64,000 nucleotides of DNA from Octopus sinensis (taxonomy: Eukaryota). This document shows positions 13,829-25,278 of the stretch, piece after piece. The stretch's first letter is position 1, and each line of letters opens with the position of its first letter. The position numbers were made by a program, and so were the translations under genes. The notes under the pieces were generated by a model. The model saw only the letters and a list, made by a program, of their open reading frames with translations, had not been told where the DNA came from and did no database searches. The stretch is from NCBI RefSeq assembly GCF_006345805.1, contig NC_043003.1:70370001-70434000 (forward strand), given 5' to 3'.

Positions 13829-14499
13829 ATATATATATATGATATCACAACCTCGAATATAAATAACACAAAAACTAGGAACGTGTCATACATCAATTCT
13901 ATACATGACCAATTCTTTATGCAATAACCCAAAGCGTTTGGTAACATGGACGTGTTTTAGCGTTCCCATATTAAATTGATTGCTGCAATAAAAGCTCAGA
14001 TTTTATATTTTTTATATTTTCTCTGTGTTTACAGCTCCCAGAATGTTCCCTAATGAAGTCCTTTGGCACAAAGAAACATAGTTTATCACGGCAAGGCGTT
14101 TATTTTGTCAATATATGTATTTGTCTCTGTGGATCTGTGTTTGTATGTATATATACATGCATATGTGAGTGCATATGTATATACATAAAAATGCATTTAT
14201 ACGTATATATGTGCGTGTGTGTGCGTGCGTGCGTACATATATATGTACGTCTATATGTATGTATATCAAGCCCCATAATCGTAAGGACTCTATAAAAAGT
14301 TGGCTGATAACATGTACACACACACGCACACACACACACTCACACACACAGCATATATATATATATATATATATAATATATATATGCCTGTACATGCATG
14401 CATACATACACACACATACATATATACATTCATACTACATGCATACATACATGCATCCATGCATGCATACATACATACACACAATTATACATACACATA

Positions 14500-14574
<75 letters not shown>

Positions 14575-14993
14575 CGTACGTACATACATACACAAACACA
14601 CATAAATACACATACATACATACATACATACATACATACATACATACATGCATGAATGCATACGGTTAGACGTGAACATTAATTGTAAATAATGCATTTC
14701 AAGTTTTAACGTGAAAGTATTTTGATGGTAGAATAATTATAACTCCCAGTCAAAACATTTCGACACAGTAAAGAACCTCTTTGGTTTTTGAGCAATTAGA
14801 GATATCCATACATTCTCAGTATTCATTTTCATAGATTCGTTACAAATTTATATGAATACATTTTTTATCTTTTACATGTTTCGATTGTTGGACGGTGGCC
14901 AAGATGGAACACCGTCTTCAAGGATTTTAGTTGAACAAAGTATATTACGTGTGGTACGTCTATCGTTCTTTTTGTGTCCGACCGCTAATTAAC

Positions 14994-15456
14994 ACGCAGG
15001 TTCGTGTGTCATATAGCTAGCTAGAGGCGATGGCCTCTTGGAGCTAATCAGCGACAGCTTTAGTCTTATATTTATGGACTGCCATATTAGTTTGGTGATA
15101 ACTATTAATATCCAGTAACGCTGCCGTAATCTCCTTTAGAGAGACTTAGTAATTTTAATATTTCTATTATTGAAAACAAGTGGATGTATTCCACTGTAAC
15201 TAGGTAAATAAAATCTTCGAACAGACGATCGGTAGCGACACCTGCTGCATTGATAAAGGGCAACGACCCTGAAACATGTCTGCAGATGTCTGACCAGCAA
15301 GGTGAAGCGGCTTACCTCCCCTGTTCGAAGGATGTAATGGACGCAGGTTCGTGTGTCATATAGCTAGCTTGAGGCGATGGCCTCTGGGAGCTAATCAGCG
15401 ACAGCTTTAGTCTTACATTTATGGACTGCCATATTAGTTTGGCGATAACTATTAAT

Positions 15457-15458
<2 letters not shown>
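14994..15458. repeat. 118-bp direct repeat with a 347-bp period (about 1.3 units), HHR in the spacer
   Basis: 14994-15111 and 15341-15458 differ by only a few substitutions. Confidence 0.9.
15237..15290 (+). ncRNA. Type I hammerhead ribozyme, U3-A8 core variant
   Basis: CTGCA-TTGATAA-AGGG(CAACGA)CCCT-GAAA-CATGT-C-TGCAG; stem I extends through GACA/TGTC past an internal loop. Confidence 0.72.
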
Positions 15459-15532
<74 letters not shown>

Positions 15533-15559
15533 CAAAAGGCTAAAAGGTCTCTAACGAAT

Positions 15560-15860
15560 TCCCGTATTCTGTGGCGTATATATTCACTCCATCCTCCGCT
15601 AGACGAAGCGCCAGCCCATTTTTTGGGCTCCAGTCCTGCTTCTTGCTTCAAAGATTTGAGCAAAGTCGACTCTAGCATTGGGTCCAACTTCGCACAAACA
15701 TAAAAGCACGAAGCAAATTAAGCGTTGCTGTCCCCTTAAGAAAACATATTAAACGATCCACAAACACTCAACCAACCTGAGTCCTCAACTTATTCCAGTT
15801 GCCGACCAGTTTGCAAGGCACCAGCAGGCCTCAAGAGACACATTCGTTTCCATAGAACAT
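15560..15860 (+). pseudogene. Degraded 3' end of an RTE-type LINE ORF
   Basis: Terminal C2H2-like motif SCRPVCKAPAGLKRHIRFH at ~15795-15855, preceded by RFEQSRL-like sequence. Confidence 0.5.
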
Positions 15861-15928
15861 GATTGCCACTTTATTTTACTGACCCCTTATTTGTCGTTTA
15901 CGACGAGAGAAACAATCACATGTATGTA

Positions 15929-16895
15929 TTGGGTTGGCAACTAAGTTCCCGCGTTTTTTTAAATTTTGAAATTTATTGCGTTTTTAAATTTTGGAATCTT
16001 TTTTTTTTTTTCGAGAATTCTATTTTTGAATCACTTTGGAATCTATTTTGTTTTGTTTTGTTTGTTTTTTCTAGTTAATTTCAGTTAATTTTTGTTTATT
16101 TTCAGATCATTCAAATGGAATGTAAAGTTAAGAAAAACGAGCATTTTCGACACCACATTCTTATTGCTTTTAATCAAGGTTCTAAGTCCGCAAAAGCTGC
16201 TCGTGACATTTGTGCTGTGTATGGAGAGGGTGCCAAAGCGGGAAGAACCGTTCGTGATTGGTATGCCAAGTTCAAAAATGGAAATTTTGACCTCAAAGAC
16301 GCACCTCGTTCTGGCCGTCTAATTGAGTTCGATGAAGAGCGATGAAACCAACTTTTGCACGAAAATTCTCGTCAAACGACAAGGGAACTGGCAGAGATAA
16401 TGGAATGATCCCACACTGCTATATAGAAACATCTTCACTCGATGGGAAAGGTTCAGAAGTATGGAGCATGGGTTCCGCATGCTTTAAGTGGCAACAACAA
16501 AAATCAATGAGCCACTATCTCCACTGGTTTGCTTGCTCGTCACCGCTCAACTCATGGACACAAGCAACGATTTCTTCGCCGACTCGTTACTGGCGACGAA
16601 AAATGGTGCCTGTACATCAATATGAAGCAGCGTAAGGAATGGCTTAGCCTCGGTAAACAAGTGACACCGTGCGTGAAACAAGATCTTCATCCGCGAAAAA
16701 CGATGTTGTGTGTATGGTGGGACTGGAAAGGGATTATCCATTACGGTCAACGTGGAATTCTATGTTCAACAGATGGAACGACTGAACACAGCTATTCAAG
16801 AGAAAAGACCTAATCGTCAGCATAGAGTTCTTCTGCTGCACGACAACGCCCGCCCTCATATCACCAATATGACCAACGAAGCCATTCAAACGCAT
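15929..16895 (+). mobile_element. 3'-truncated mariner transposon (Mos1-like)
   Basis: TA-TTGGGTTGGCAACTAAGTT TIR; MECKVKKNEHFRHHIL.., WVPHAL, LVTGDEKWCLY, MLCVWWDWKGIIHY, LLLHDNARPH; stops and an internal deletion. Confidence 0.92.
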
Positions 16896-17097
16896 GTTCT
16901 TCTAGTTCTGATATGAGCTGTTGTAGGTTTTTATTCTCTTCAGTAAGACAATGTCATCGACAAAGTCCAGGTTTTTCAGTTTCGTCTATTGTTTCCATAG
17001 CATTCCTCCCGCCAATAACAACTTGTAAGGGCGACAGAATGCAGCCTTGTCTCACTCCATCCAAACACAGCATTATTTATTTGAGTAAAGCTCTTTA
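16895..17097 (-). pseudogene. RTE-type RT fragment
   Basis: Minus strand gives GVRQGCILSP and LDFVDDIVLL. Confidence 0.75.
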
Positions 17098-17276
17098 ACG
17101 ACATTGACAGAGTATTGAAGCTTGCAATTGTGCACGACAATTTCTCCCTAAGGACTCTCTGTGGACACTAACAAATGTGTTATTAAATTCTATAAAATTT
17201 AGCTCCATTGGTCTTTGATACACAACACAATGTTCAATTATATTTCTGAATGTGTATAGAGTGGTGATCGGGTATG

Positions 17277-18035
17277 GCTGTGGAGTTAAGAAGATCTCTT
17301 TACTGTCAGGTGGTTTCGAGTTCAGACCCGCTGTGCAGCCTCTTGGGAAAGCTTCCTCTGCTAATAGCTCTGGAACGACTAATGCCTTGTTTACAGAAAC
17401 CGTGTGAACTGTTGTATACACATGTATATGTGTGTGTGTGCTTGTATTTATCTCTTCTCTCACCGCTTGATAGCCGGTGATGGCTTGTTTATGTTCTTGT
17501 AACTTGGAGGTTCGGCTAAATAGACTGATAGAATAAATATCAACTTCAAAATAGATACTGAGGTCGATTTATTCCACTAAAATCTATTGGCAGCAGTCCA
17601 ACAACTGAAGCGAACGATAAAAGATGCATAAAATTTATACATACACATATAAATGCATGTGTATGCGTGCATCTGTATGTTTATGCCTCTCTCGGTATTT
17701 TCCTTCCCCTCCCCCTCTCTCTCTCTAACTTGTGTTCACGTGGTATCACTTGACAACCGGCGTTTCTTTATTTACGACCTCGTAACTTAGCAGTTCATCA
17801 AAATAGACCTCGATAGAATATTCACGTGACCCACCAGACTATCAGATGTTGTTACACATCGCTAGTCCCAATGCGCTTTTGCACCAATTTTAGACTTCGA
17901 ATGACGTCACCCTGCTGGCTAAGCGATCAGGCCACGATAGATAGAATATTACCAAGCTTAAAGAATTAAGTACTGTGGTTGATTTGATTAACTAAACCCT
18001 TGAAAGGATTTTCTAGCATGACTGAAATGAGTAAA
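17277..18035 (+). mobile_element. Old family A SINE copies, with a nested family C 3' fragment (minus, 17820-17935)
   Basis: Diverged head and tail motifs (CTTGATAGCCGG, ATAGAATAA, GGTCGATTT); the nested piece matches 2140-2262 inverted. Confidence 0.6.
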
Positions 18036-18099
18036 TACTAAAAGAGGAATCCTACTTAAAAGAGATACAATGTTGTGTGATGCCAAATATTTAACGGGT

Positions 18100-18480
18100 A
18101 ACAAAATTCTGTATTACAGAAACCAAAATATGATGCCATATGCTAAGATTAAAAGAAAATATATAAAATTTTACATTGCAGAACAATCATAATGCTAAAT
18201 TTGCATGATACTAAAATAAAAGCATGTTATATTATGCAATGATTAAACAGTTTACAAAATTCTTCATTTTTACAAAAGCTGGAAAACTATCATGTCTGAT
18301 ATACGCTAAAATTAAAATAGTAAAATTCTACGCTGCAGACACCGTAATGCGTCGCGTAATGCAATATGCATGATGCTAAATTTGAACGCTTTATAGAATC
18401 TTTATACACACAACAAATACCAGGATATATTATGCTAAAATTAAACGGTTTACAAAATCTTACATTACAGAACAAAGACC
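18100..18480. repeat. Degenerate minisatellite
   Basis: Recurring ATGCTAAAATTAAA-like and AAAATTYTACATTRCAGA-like motifs about every 50-70 bp. Confidence 0.5.
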
Positions 18481-18858
18481 AATGCGCTTGTGAAGAATTA
18501 ACCAATAAGAATCACCACAAACTCTTTTTCTTTTTATGTCTTATGGTATTTTATTAAATATACAAATGTATTCGTCAAAAGAAATTATGAAATTTGTATT
18601 CAATGTTGACGTGAATATATTTCATATTTTTTTAACAAGAGATTTTAAGGAAATGTTTTACGATAATTGAATAAAAATGTAATTGATGTAAAAAATTATG
18701 AATTTCAGTTTCCTTTTACTTTCTTATAATCAATATATTGTGCATGCACGCATAACGAATCAAATGGAATTTTTCTTTTGAAATAAGGATACTACAATTA
18801 ATTACTTCTTTCCTTTGGAAATAGATAATTAGATTCATAAATACATACATCGAAAAAT

Positions 18859-18881
18859 GATAGATAGATAGATAGATAGAC

Positions 18882-18975
<94 letters not shown>
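18859..18975. repeat. (GATA)n microsatellite
   Basis: Direct inspection; other GATA arrays at ~50580-50770, ~51815-51850 and ~54505-54830. Confidence 0.95.
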
Positions 18976-20871
18976 TGAATAGTTGACTGATTTCTTATAC
19001 AGGCATCTTTAAAAAATGGCCAAAAGAGATGAATGTGCATAGTATGCTATTCTTTAGCATTTCAATAACAGAGGTGAAATAAATTTTTGACTCCGAAAAA
19101 TACACGCAGATGTAGTATTCGGTTTGCCCCTATCTCGCCTACATTTTCAAATTATTGATGTTCGACAGTGGTACAAAAGTACAAAGATGACACATTTGCA
19201 GAAAAAAGGTTATTGCCAAATGAATATGTTCCTAGTAAATGACCGGTATATATTTTATCGCCCATGGAGAGACGAAATGCAACGTAGAACCCAGCTGGAT
19301 TTCCACTCGGAACGAAAATGCAAGAAAAGGAAATGAAAATAATATAAATTTGTTCGGTCCCCCATCCCACATTTATTTTAGTTAATTCCAAAGTTATTTC
19401 AATGAACAGGAAAAATATTTTTTTATCGTAGTCGTTTATGGGGATTTTAGAGCTCTATTCTTCCTTTACAACTTTCGTTTGTCGTTTTAGAAATTGAAGT
19501 AAATTTTACCTCTTTTCAGACATTGATGATGGAGTTCAAGTAGGAAAAAACCCAACGAATTTATCTCACAACCCAGATTGTGTTGGCAGGCTTCACAATT
19601 CTGAATGAAACAAAAATTCAGAGTCAATGAGGGGGATTCCTTCCCTCTCCCCAGTCCCAAATTTTCTAGAAATAACATCTAAATTTCAATTAAATTTACA
19701 CTACCATCATAAAAATGAAAGACACATTAGATAATGTAGCCTCAGAAACATTATGTGTGAAATAGCAATCAGTGTGTAATACTTAATGCCGATACATCAC
19801 GGAAAGCCAAAATTCTACGGTATTCGTTCTGATGTGCATCTGTTACAGTGTTAAATAACACAACAATATATCAGATATACTTATGTGGTACACAGAACGT
19901 CAATAAGAGATATTATCTCTGGACGAATACCGCAGTTAATTTGATTCTCTGTCATGTATCTGCGTTATTATAGGTAAATAGCGATTTTAAACTTATGTTG
20001 TTTCTATTGCACATCATGAACCATTATGTGTGAAAACAGAGCGGAAGGCCACAGTCAGAAATGCATTTGCTCATAGACCTGCTCGACCTGGAAGGATCTG
20101 GAGATAAACAACAAAAACATGTATTCAAAACTATTTTGAGACATAGGTTATTACGATGAGAAAAAACAAGTCTATTATTATAAAATGAAATATTTCCTTC
20201 ATTCACATATGACCACGGATAAGTATATGAAACTGTTGCATGCAGGATTGATCTCAGAATATAGAACTAAGCTAGATACTTAGTTTGACGGTTTATAGTT
20301 CCACCTCAAACTTTGTTTTAGTATTTCCTCACACATCCAGTCCAAATCCCTGCAGAGTCGACTTTACTTTCATCTTTCCAGAGTCGATAAAAAATCACTC
20401 TCATAATGACAGCATGTTATCGGCTTCGCTCACCGTCCAGATTTGTAGGCGGGCGCCAATGTCAAAAGCCAATATTCATTCCACTTTTTTTTTAATTTAT
20501 ATTTTTAGGAATAAAGTTTAGCTATTCTTTTTTGTCATGTATTTTTTTTTTTTTTTTAGTGAGATTTGTTTTAACGATAATTTTACGTTGTTACATTTAT
20601 GACTTTATTCGTGGACATTAGTGCCATAGTTGGAGTGAAATGACTGAAACTGGGAATCGAAACTGGGTGACAGGATTGATTATCCAGAAGTTTATCTTCA
20701 ACAATATTCAAAATAAACCAATTACCTTTTACACACACACACACATGTATGTATGTATGTATGTATGTATGTATGTATGTATGTATGTATGTATGTATGT
20801 ATGTATGTATGTATGTATATATATATCTATAAATATATATATATATATATATTTATTTATTATATAGAAGG

Positions 20872-20922
20872 AGCTTCTACAGGACTAGAACTGTTTCATT
20901 CAAGAGAAATCTTCAGGAAGCT
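20872..20922 (-). ncRNA. Type I hammerhead-like fold, left arm of the palindrome
   Basis: Exact mirror of 21010-21060. Confidence 0.55.
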
Positions 20923-21009
20923 AGTTAACAAGAATTGTATTGGCATTTATACATTTAGGCAGGTTTAAACCTGCCTAATGTATAAATGCCAATACAATTC
21001 TTGTTAACT

Positions 21010-21060
21010 AGCTTCCTGAAGATTTCTCTTGAATGAAACAGTTCTAGTCCTGTAGAAGCT
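21010..21060 (+). ncRNA. Type I hammerhead-like fold, right arm of the palindrome
   Basis: AGCTTC-CTGAAGA-TTTC(TCTT)GAAT-GAAA-CAG..CTGT-A-GAAGCT: 6-bp stem I, intact core, quasi-palindromic stem III; stem II is weak (U.U at 10.1/11.1). Confidence 0.55.
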
Positions 21061-21146
21061 CCTTCTATATAATAAATTAATTTTACTCTGCTATGTATTG
21101 AGTACCTTATTTACTGTGGTTAACCCCGAATCAACCCGGGACCTAC

Positions 21147-21192
<46 letters not shown>

Positions 21193-21547
21193 CATTATTT
21201 GTGGATTAACAGGGATACCAGTGGAGTTCCAACACTTTCATGTGGCACGATTGAACAGTTCGGAAAATCTCTCCACACGAAACCATTGGTAGATTTGTTA
21301 AGCACAAATAAAGTATATTCACCCACCAATGCGGTGTTGAGCACTTATTTCCATTGATCGACATTATCGTGGGGGTGCGCGTGTGTGCGTGTGCATATGC
21401 GTGCGTGTGTATATGTATGCGTGTGTATGTATGTATGCGTGTGTATGTATGTGTGCGTGTGTATGTGTATGTATGTGTGTGCATGCATATGTAACCACAA
21501 GCGAATCGTTGGCGATTTTTCTTCCTTTTCTATTGGACTTCTCCTCT

Positions 21548-21583
21548 GTTTCTGAAGAAGAGCGTCTGCTCGAAACGCTAAAC
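21548..21583 (+). ncRNA. Minimal hammerhead-like motif, probably inactivated (U16.1 to C)
   Basis: GTTT-CTGAAGA-A-GAGC(GTCT)GCTC-GAAAC-GCT-AAAC. Confidence 0.45.
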
Positions 21584-21686
21584 CATCTTTCTTTCCTTCC
21601 CTGAGCGTCTGCTAATAGTTTACATGTACCACGTCCACGCGTTGTTGCTTCTTGTGCTTGCTCTTCGTTTTTTTAAATTACTATTC

Positions 21687-21740
<54 letters not shown>

Positions 21741-21745
<5 letters not shown>

Positions 21746-24325
21746 GAGATAGAAAGATGAATAATCTTGTTGTAGATTAATCAAAAATCGTTTATTAAGT
21801 TTGATAATAAGTTGTTGATCCGTAAAATACTCCAATGAATTTGATGTGCTATGGGTAGTTCGGATAGTGCGCAGATAGCCGATTTAGTCGGAATATATAT
21901 TCTCTACGAATTGTCCGACCAATTCCCGAGATCGCGGGCGGCCTGTATCGTGACGATGTCTGTTTTACCCTGCAAAACACCACGAACAGAATAGTGCAGA
22001 AAACTAAGAGCAGTTAGCTAGGTTTTTAATAGAATGGGCATGAGTATAGTTTTGATAATGAACTCACCAAGGCTAATTTCCTAGACGTTACACTTAACCT
22101 TAATAGCGACTCATACTGCCCTTACCATAAGCCTTCCACTAATTTGAAGTATGTCAGTGTCTTCTCAAATCATGCCAAAACCGTAACAGACAATTTGGTT
22201 AAAAAACATCTCTCTAAGATTGTCTGGCTTGTCCGCCAGTGCCGATATTTTTATGCAGAAAGCGGATTTTATAACGCCACGCCGCACTGTCCAAGGCCGG
22301 TTATAGGCAGAAGGTAATTTATATTGATCCGGCCCTTCCGATGCCATCATTCGGTCATCAGGATAGGGCCGTATATAATAACATTAACATTTTAAGTAAG
22401 GACGGAGCGCGGCGGATGCCGGGGTAGTCGCTCCCGCATTTAATTTAGCGAACAAGGATAATTATCGGTCCGGGAGGTCTTACACTAACCCAAGACCCGT
22501 TATTTATCCGAGAATCACCCACCAAGTGCGAGAGCTGGCGTCCCGACCCATCACACTGATAGGAATAAGCATATATGGTTTGTAATCCCCTTTGGTAAGC
22601 AGATTAGAACTAACCTCCCCCTCTTGTTTAGACAAGCCATCGCCAATAACTTCCCCAGAAATTCCAAATATTACTCCACGGTTAACTCACATAAAGTTAG
22701 GATAGCTTTCTCCAACACTAAAAACCTCGCCCGATAATCGCCTCCCATAATAATAGGCTACTTACTAAGACCCTATCACCTTTTTCAGGAGGCACAGCCT
22801 CTTCCGCTCGGTTTTTATGCTCAGTAGGAATAATTATAGTAGTAATAATGATATGAGAGCCAGTACAGTGACACATATCTCAGCTCCAGCCAGGGAGTAC
22901 CCACTAGGGGTATAGTTATAAATAGGGGTGTTTGTGGTTGACGGTAACAATGGGAGTAGGGTAGAGAGCCCCAATAGCAACCCCAGCATCATTTCCCGCA
23001 ATAGCACAGCACCACGGCACTAGCAATGACAGTACTCTGATAGATAGTGGAGAATCAGGGGTTATTCCTATAGTTAATAGTGACGTAGTGGAAAATAGAG
23101 TAGTAAGCGGCTGCAGGTCTCGGAACGAATATAGTGACAGGAACGCAGTTCTAATTTCAGAAACTAATCCTAGCAGATTAAGATTTACGTCGGCGAACTC
23201 CAAGATCAAAAACGCCGTCTACCAATGCAAGGTTTACACGGACTCAGATGTCTTCACTTATGTAGGGCATCATCCTCAAGATTGTCTTGCGTGTCTCCAA
23301 TCATTACGCAACTTTTCGGGACGTGAACAAGCGCCAGACCACGGGACTCAGTAAGCTAATATGGCGACTGAAGGATACGAACTTAAGCTACAGGCTGGAA
23401 TGGTCAATTTTGTCGGTGGCCCTCCCATTTGATAGGGGCAGAAGACAGTGCAACCTTTGTGTCTCCGAACTCTTCCATATTTTGTTTGCCAGAGGCCGGA
23501 TGGTAAACGGGCTCTTACAGTCGGCTTTTCGATGCCCCCATTGGCGGCGTTACACTTCTGGCTTTTAAATAGCGTTTTATACTAATACCGGCGCCCATAG
23601 CCCTTGGTAACAAATTCTGAAATAGCCTTTAAGATATCTACGATTATCCACTGCAAGGGGGAATTACTCCTGTAAGACAAACGGGGCTTGGTTTTTTCAC
23701 ACAGCGGGGGGTTTCCTTGACAAGGCAGGCTTAGATGAAAACACAACACACACATAAAACATAATATATATATATTTTTTTTCTTTCTGCCCCACCCACG
23801 GTTATCACACGGCAGTAGCCACTGACAGCCGAACGATCAAACGCACACACGTACACAAAAAATGTTTTCTACCCCCCTACGCCAACACACACATATATAG
23901 AACAGTATACACCCACACACACGTCTCTAAGTAGATTTTTTCTCTCGCCCCTTATAAAACATCCAATATTCCTTAAATAGTCAGAACTTTATTCTCGGTC
24001 ACTAAGAACATCTATACACCCTCACCCACATGATTGACCGATGCCTGACCTGTAGAATTCTTCAGCCACCGGTTCTCAGCATACACTGATAAACAGTTTC
24101 GCCATGGGCTCTTAGGAGCATAGTTCGATTGGTTTTTGCTCCGCCTCTGTTCTGTTTTTGTTTCTCTAACGGATTTCCTTTTTTCTTCCTGAAGAGAAAG
24201 ACACAATATGGTCCCATTATTCAATCGGATTTTGGTAATTTGTGCCTTTCGAAACACGTGTAGAATGAAATAAAACGATTTCTGTTCAATCTGCGTTCAG
24301 CTCCATTTCTTCAATTCACCAATAA
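21741..24325 (+). mobile_element. 5'-truncated Penelope-like element (RT, GIY-YIG endonuclease, 3' pseudo-LTR) with an inverted pLTR piece at its 5' junction
   Basis: AMGSSDSAQIADLVG, LYRDD (~21943-21957), FLDVTLNL, HIWFVIPF, VYQCKV..TYVG, RRQCNLCVSELFHI..RCPH; 21745-21786 matches 33812-33853, i.e. the pLTR end in inverted orientation. Confidence 0.9.
24181..24270 (+). ncRNA. Type I hammerhead ribozyme in the PLE pseudo-LTR
   Basis: TTTCTTC-CTGAAGA-GAAAGACACAA(33 nt)TTGTGCCTTTC-GAAA-CACGTGT-A-GAATGAAA; stem II 10/11 bp, palindromic stem III ACACGTGT, predicted cleavage after 24262. Confidence 0.8.
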
Positions 24326-24341
24326 TGTTTTATATATATAT

Positions 24342-24425
<84 letters not shown>

Positions 24426-24871
24426 TATGTGTATGTATGCATGTATGTATCTACGTATGTATGTACGGTTTAAAATCGGTTCAACGAAGAAAGGTACTGT
24501 GTCCCATATATGTTCTGAGTTACATTGAATTACTCTCCTCGGCGCCATACGATAGAGATCGATAAAGCGTGTGCCAGACTAAATAAAGGGATCGATATAT
24601 TCGATTAAAAATCCGTAAGCAGGTACTCCAGCATGACCGTAGTTCATTACCTGAAACAAGTAAAAGGTTAAAGGAATGTAGAGTCTAGTGAAGAGAATAC
24701 TCGTGGCCCGGTATTTGTATATGCCTATGTATTTGTGTGTGCTTTGTGTCTTTGTGTTTGTCACCCGCAGCCACTTGACAACCGTCGTTGGTTTGTTTAT
24801 GTCCTGTAACGTATCGGTTGGACAAAAAATAGAATAAGTACCAGGCTTTAAAAAAAATAAGTACTTGTGTC

Positions 24872-25278
24872 GATGCTTTCTTTCCTCTCTCTCTCTTTCT
24901 CTCTTTATCTCTCTCTTTTTCTCTCTCTGTCTCTCTTTCCCTCTCTCTTTTTCTTCTCTTTTTCTCCTTCTCTTTCTACCTTTCTCTCCCTCTGTCTCTC
25001 CCTCTCTCACTTTCTCTCTCTTTCTGCCTCTCTTTCCCCTCTCTCTTTTTCCTTCTCTCTCTTCCACTCTTCTTCTCCTTCTCTTTCTACCTCTCTCTCC
25101 TTCTGTCTCTCTCTCTCTCTCTCTTACTTTCTCTTTTCCTTTCTTTCTCATTCTCTTTTCCTCTGTCTCTCTTTTTCTCGCTCTCCCTCTCTTTCTCGCT
25201 TTCCCTCTCTTTCACTCTCTCCCTGTCTCTCTTTCCCTCTCACTCTACCTTTCCTTCTCGCTTCCCTCTCTTTCTTCC
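24872..25278. repeat. CT-rich polypyrimidine low-complexity tract
   Basis: About 400 bp of almost only C/T on the plus strand; it produces spurious S/L/F and E/R/K ORFs. Confidence 0.9.

Larger units (their letters stand above)
20855..21077. repeat. 223-bp spacerless palindrome, probably a PLE pseudo-LTR with a 5' inversion
   Basis: Arms are exact reverse complements apart from one extra T in the left arm near the centre (centre GGTTT|AAACC at 20966/20967). Confidence 0.92.

Noticed and set aside
19530-19610. Possible terminal exon (IDDGVQVGKNPTNLSHNPDCVGRLHNSE*)
   Set aside because: Only an acceptor-like site and a short frame, as expected by chance; no recognisable homology.
24085-24120. 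Antisense CTAAGA-GCC(CAT)GGC-GAAAC motif in the pLTR
   Set aside because: The core is one base short in both pLTR copies, there is no stem I, and the second copy has CAAA instead of GAAA.
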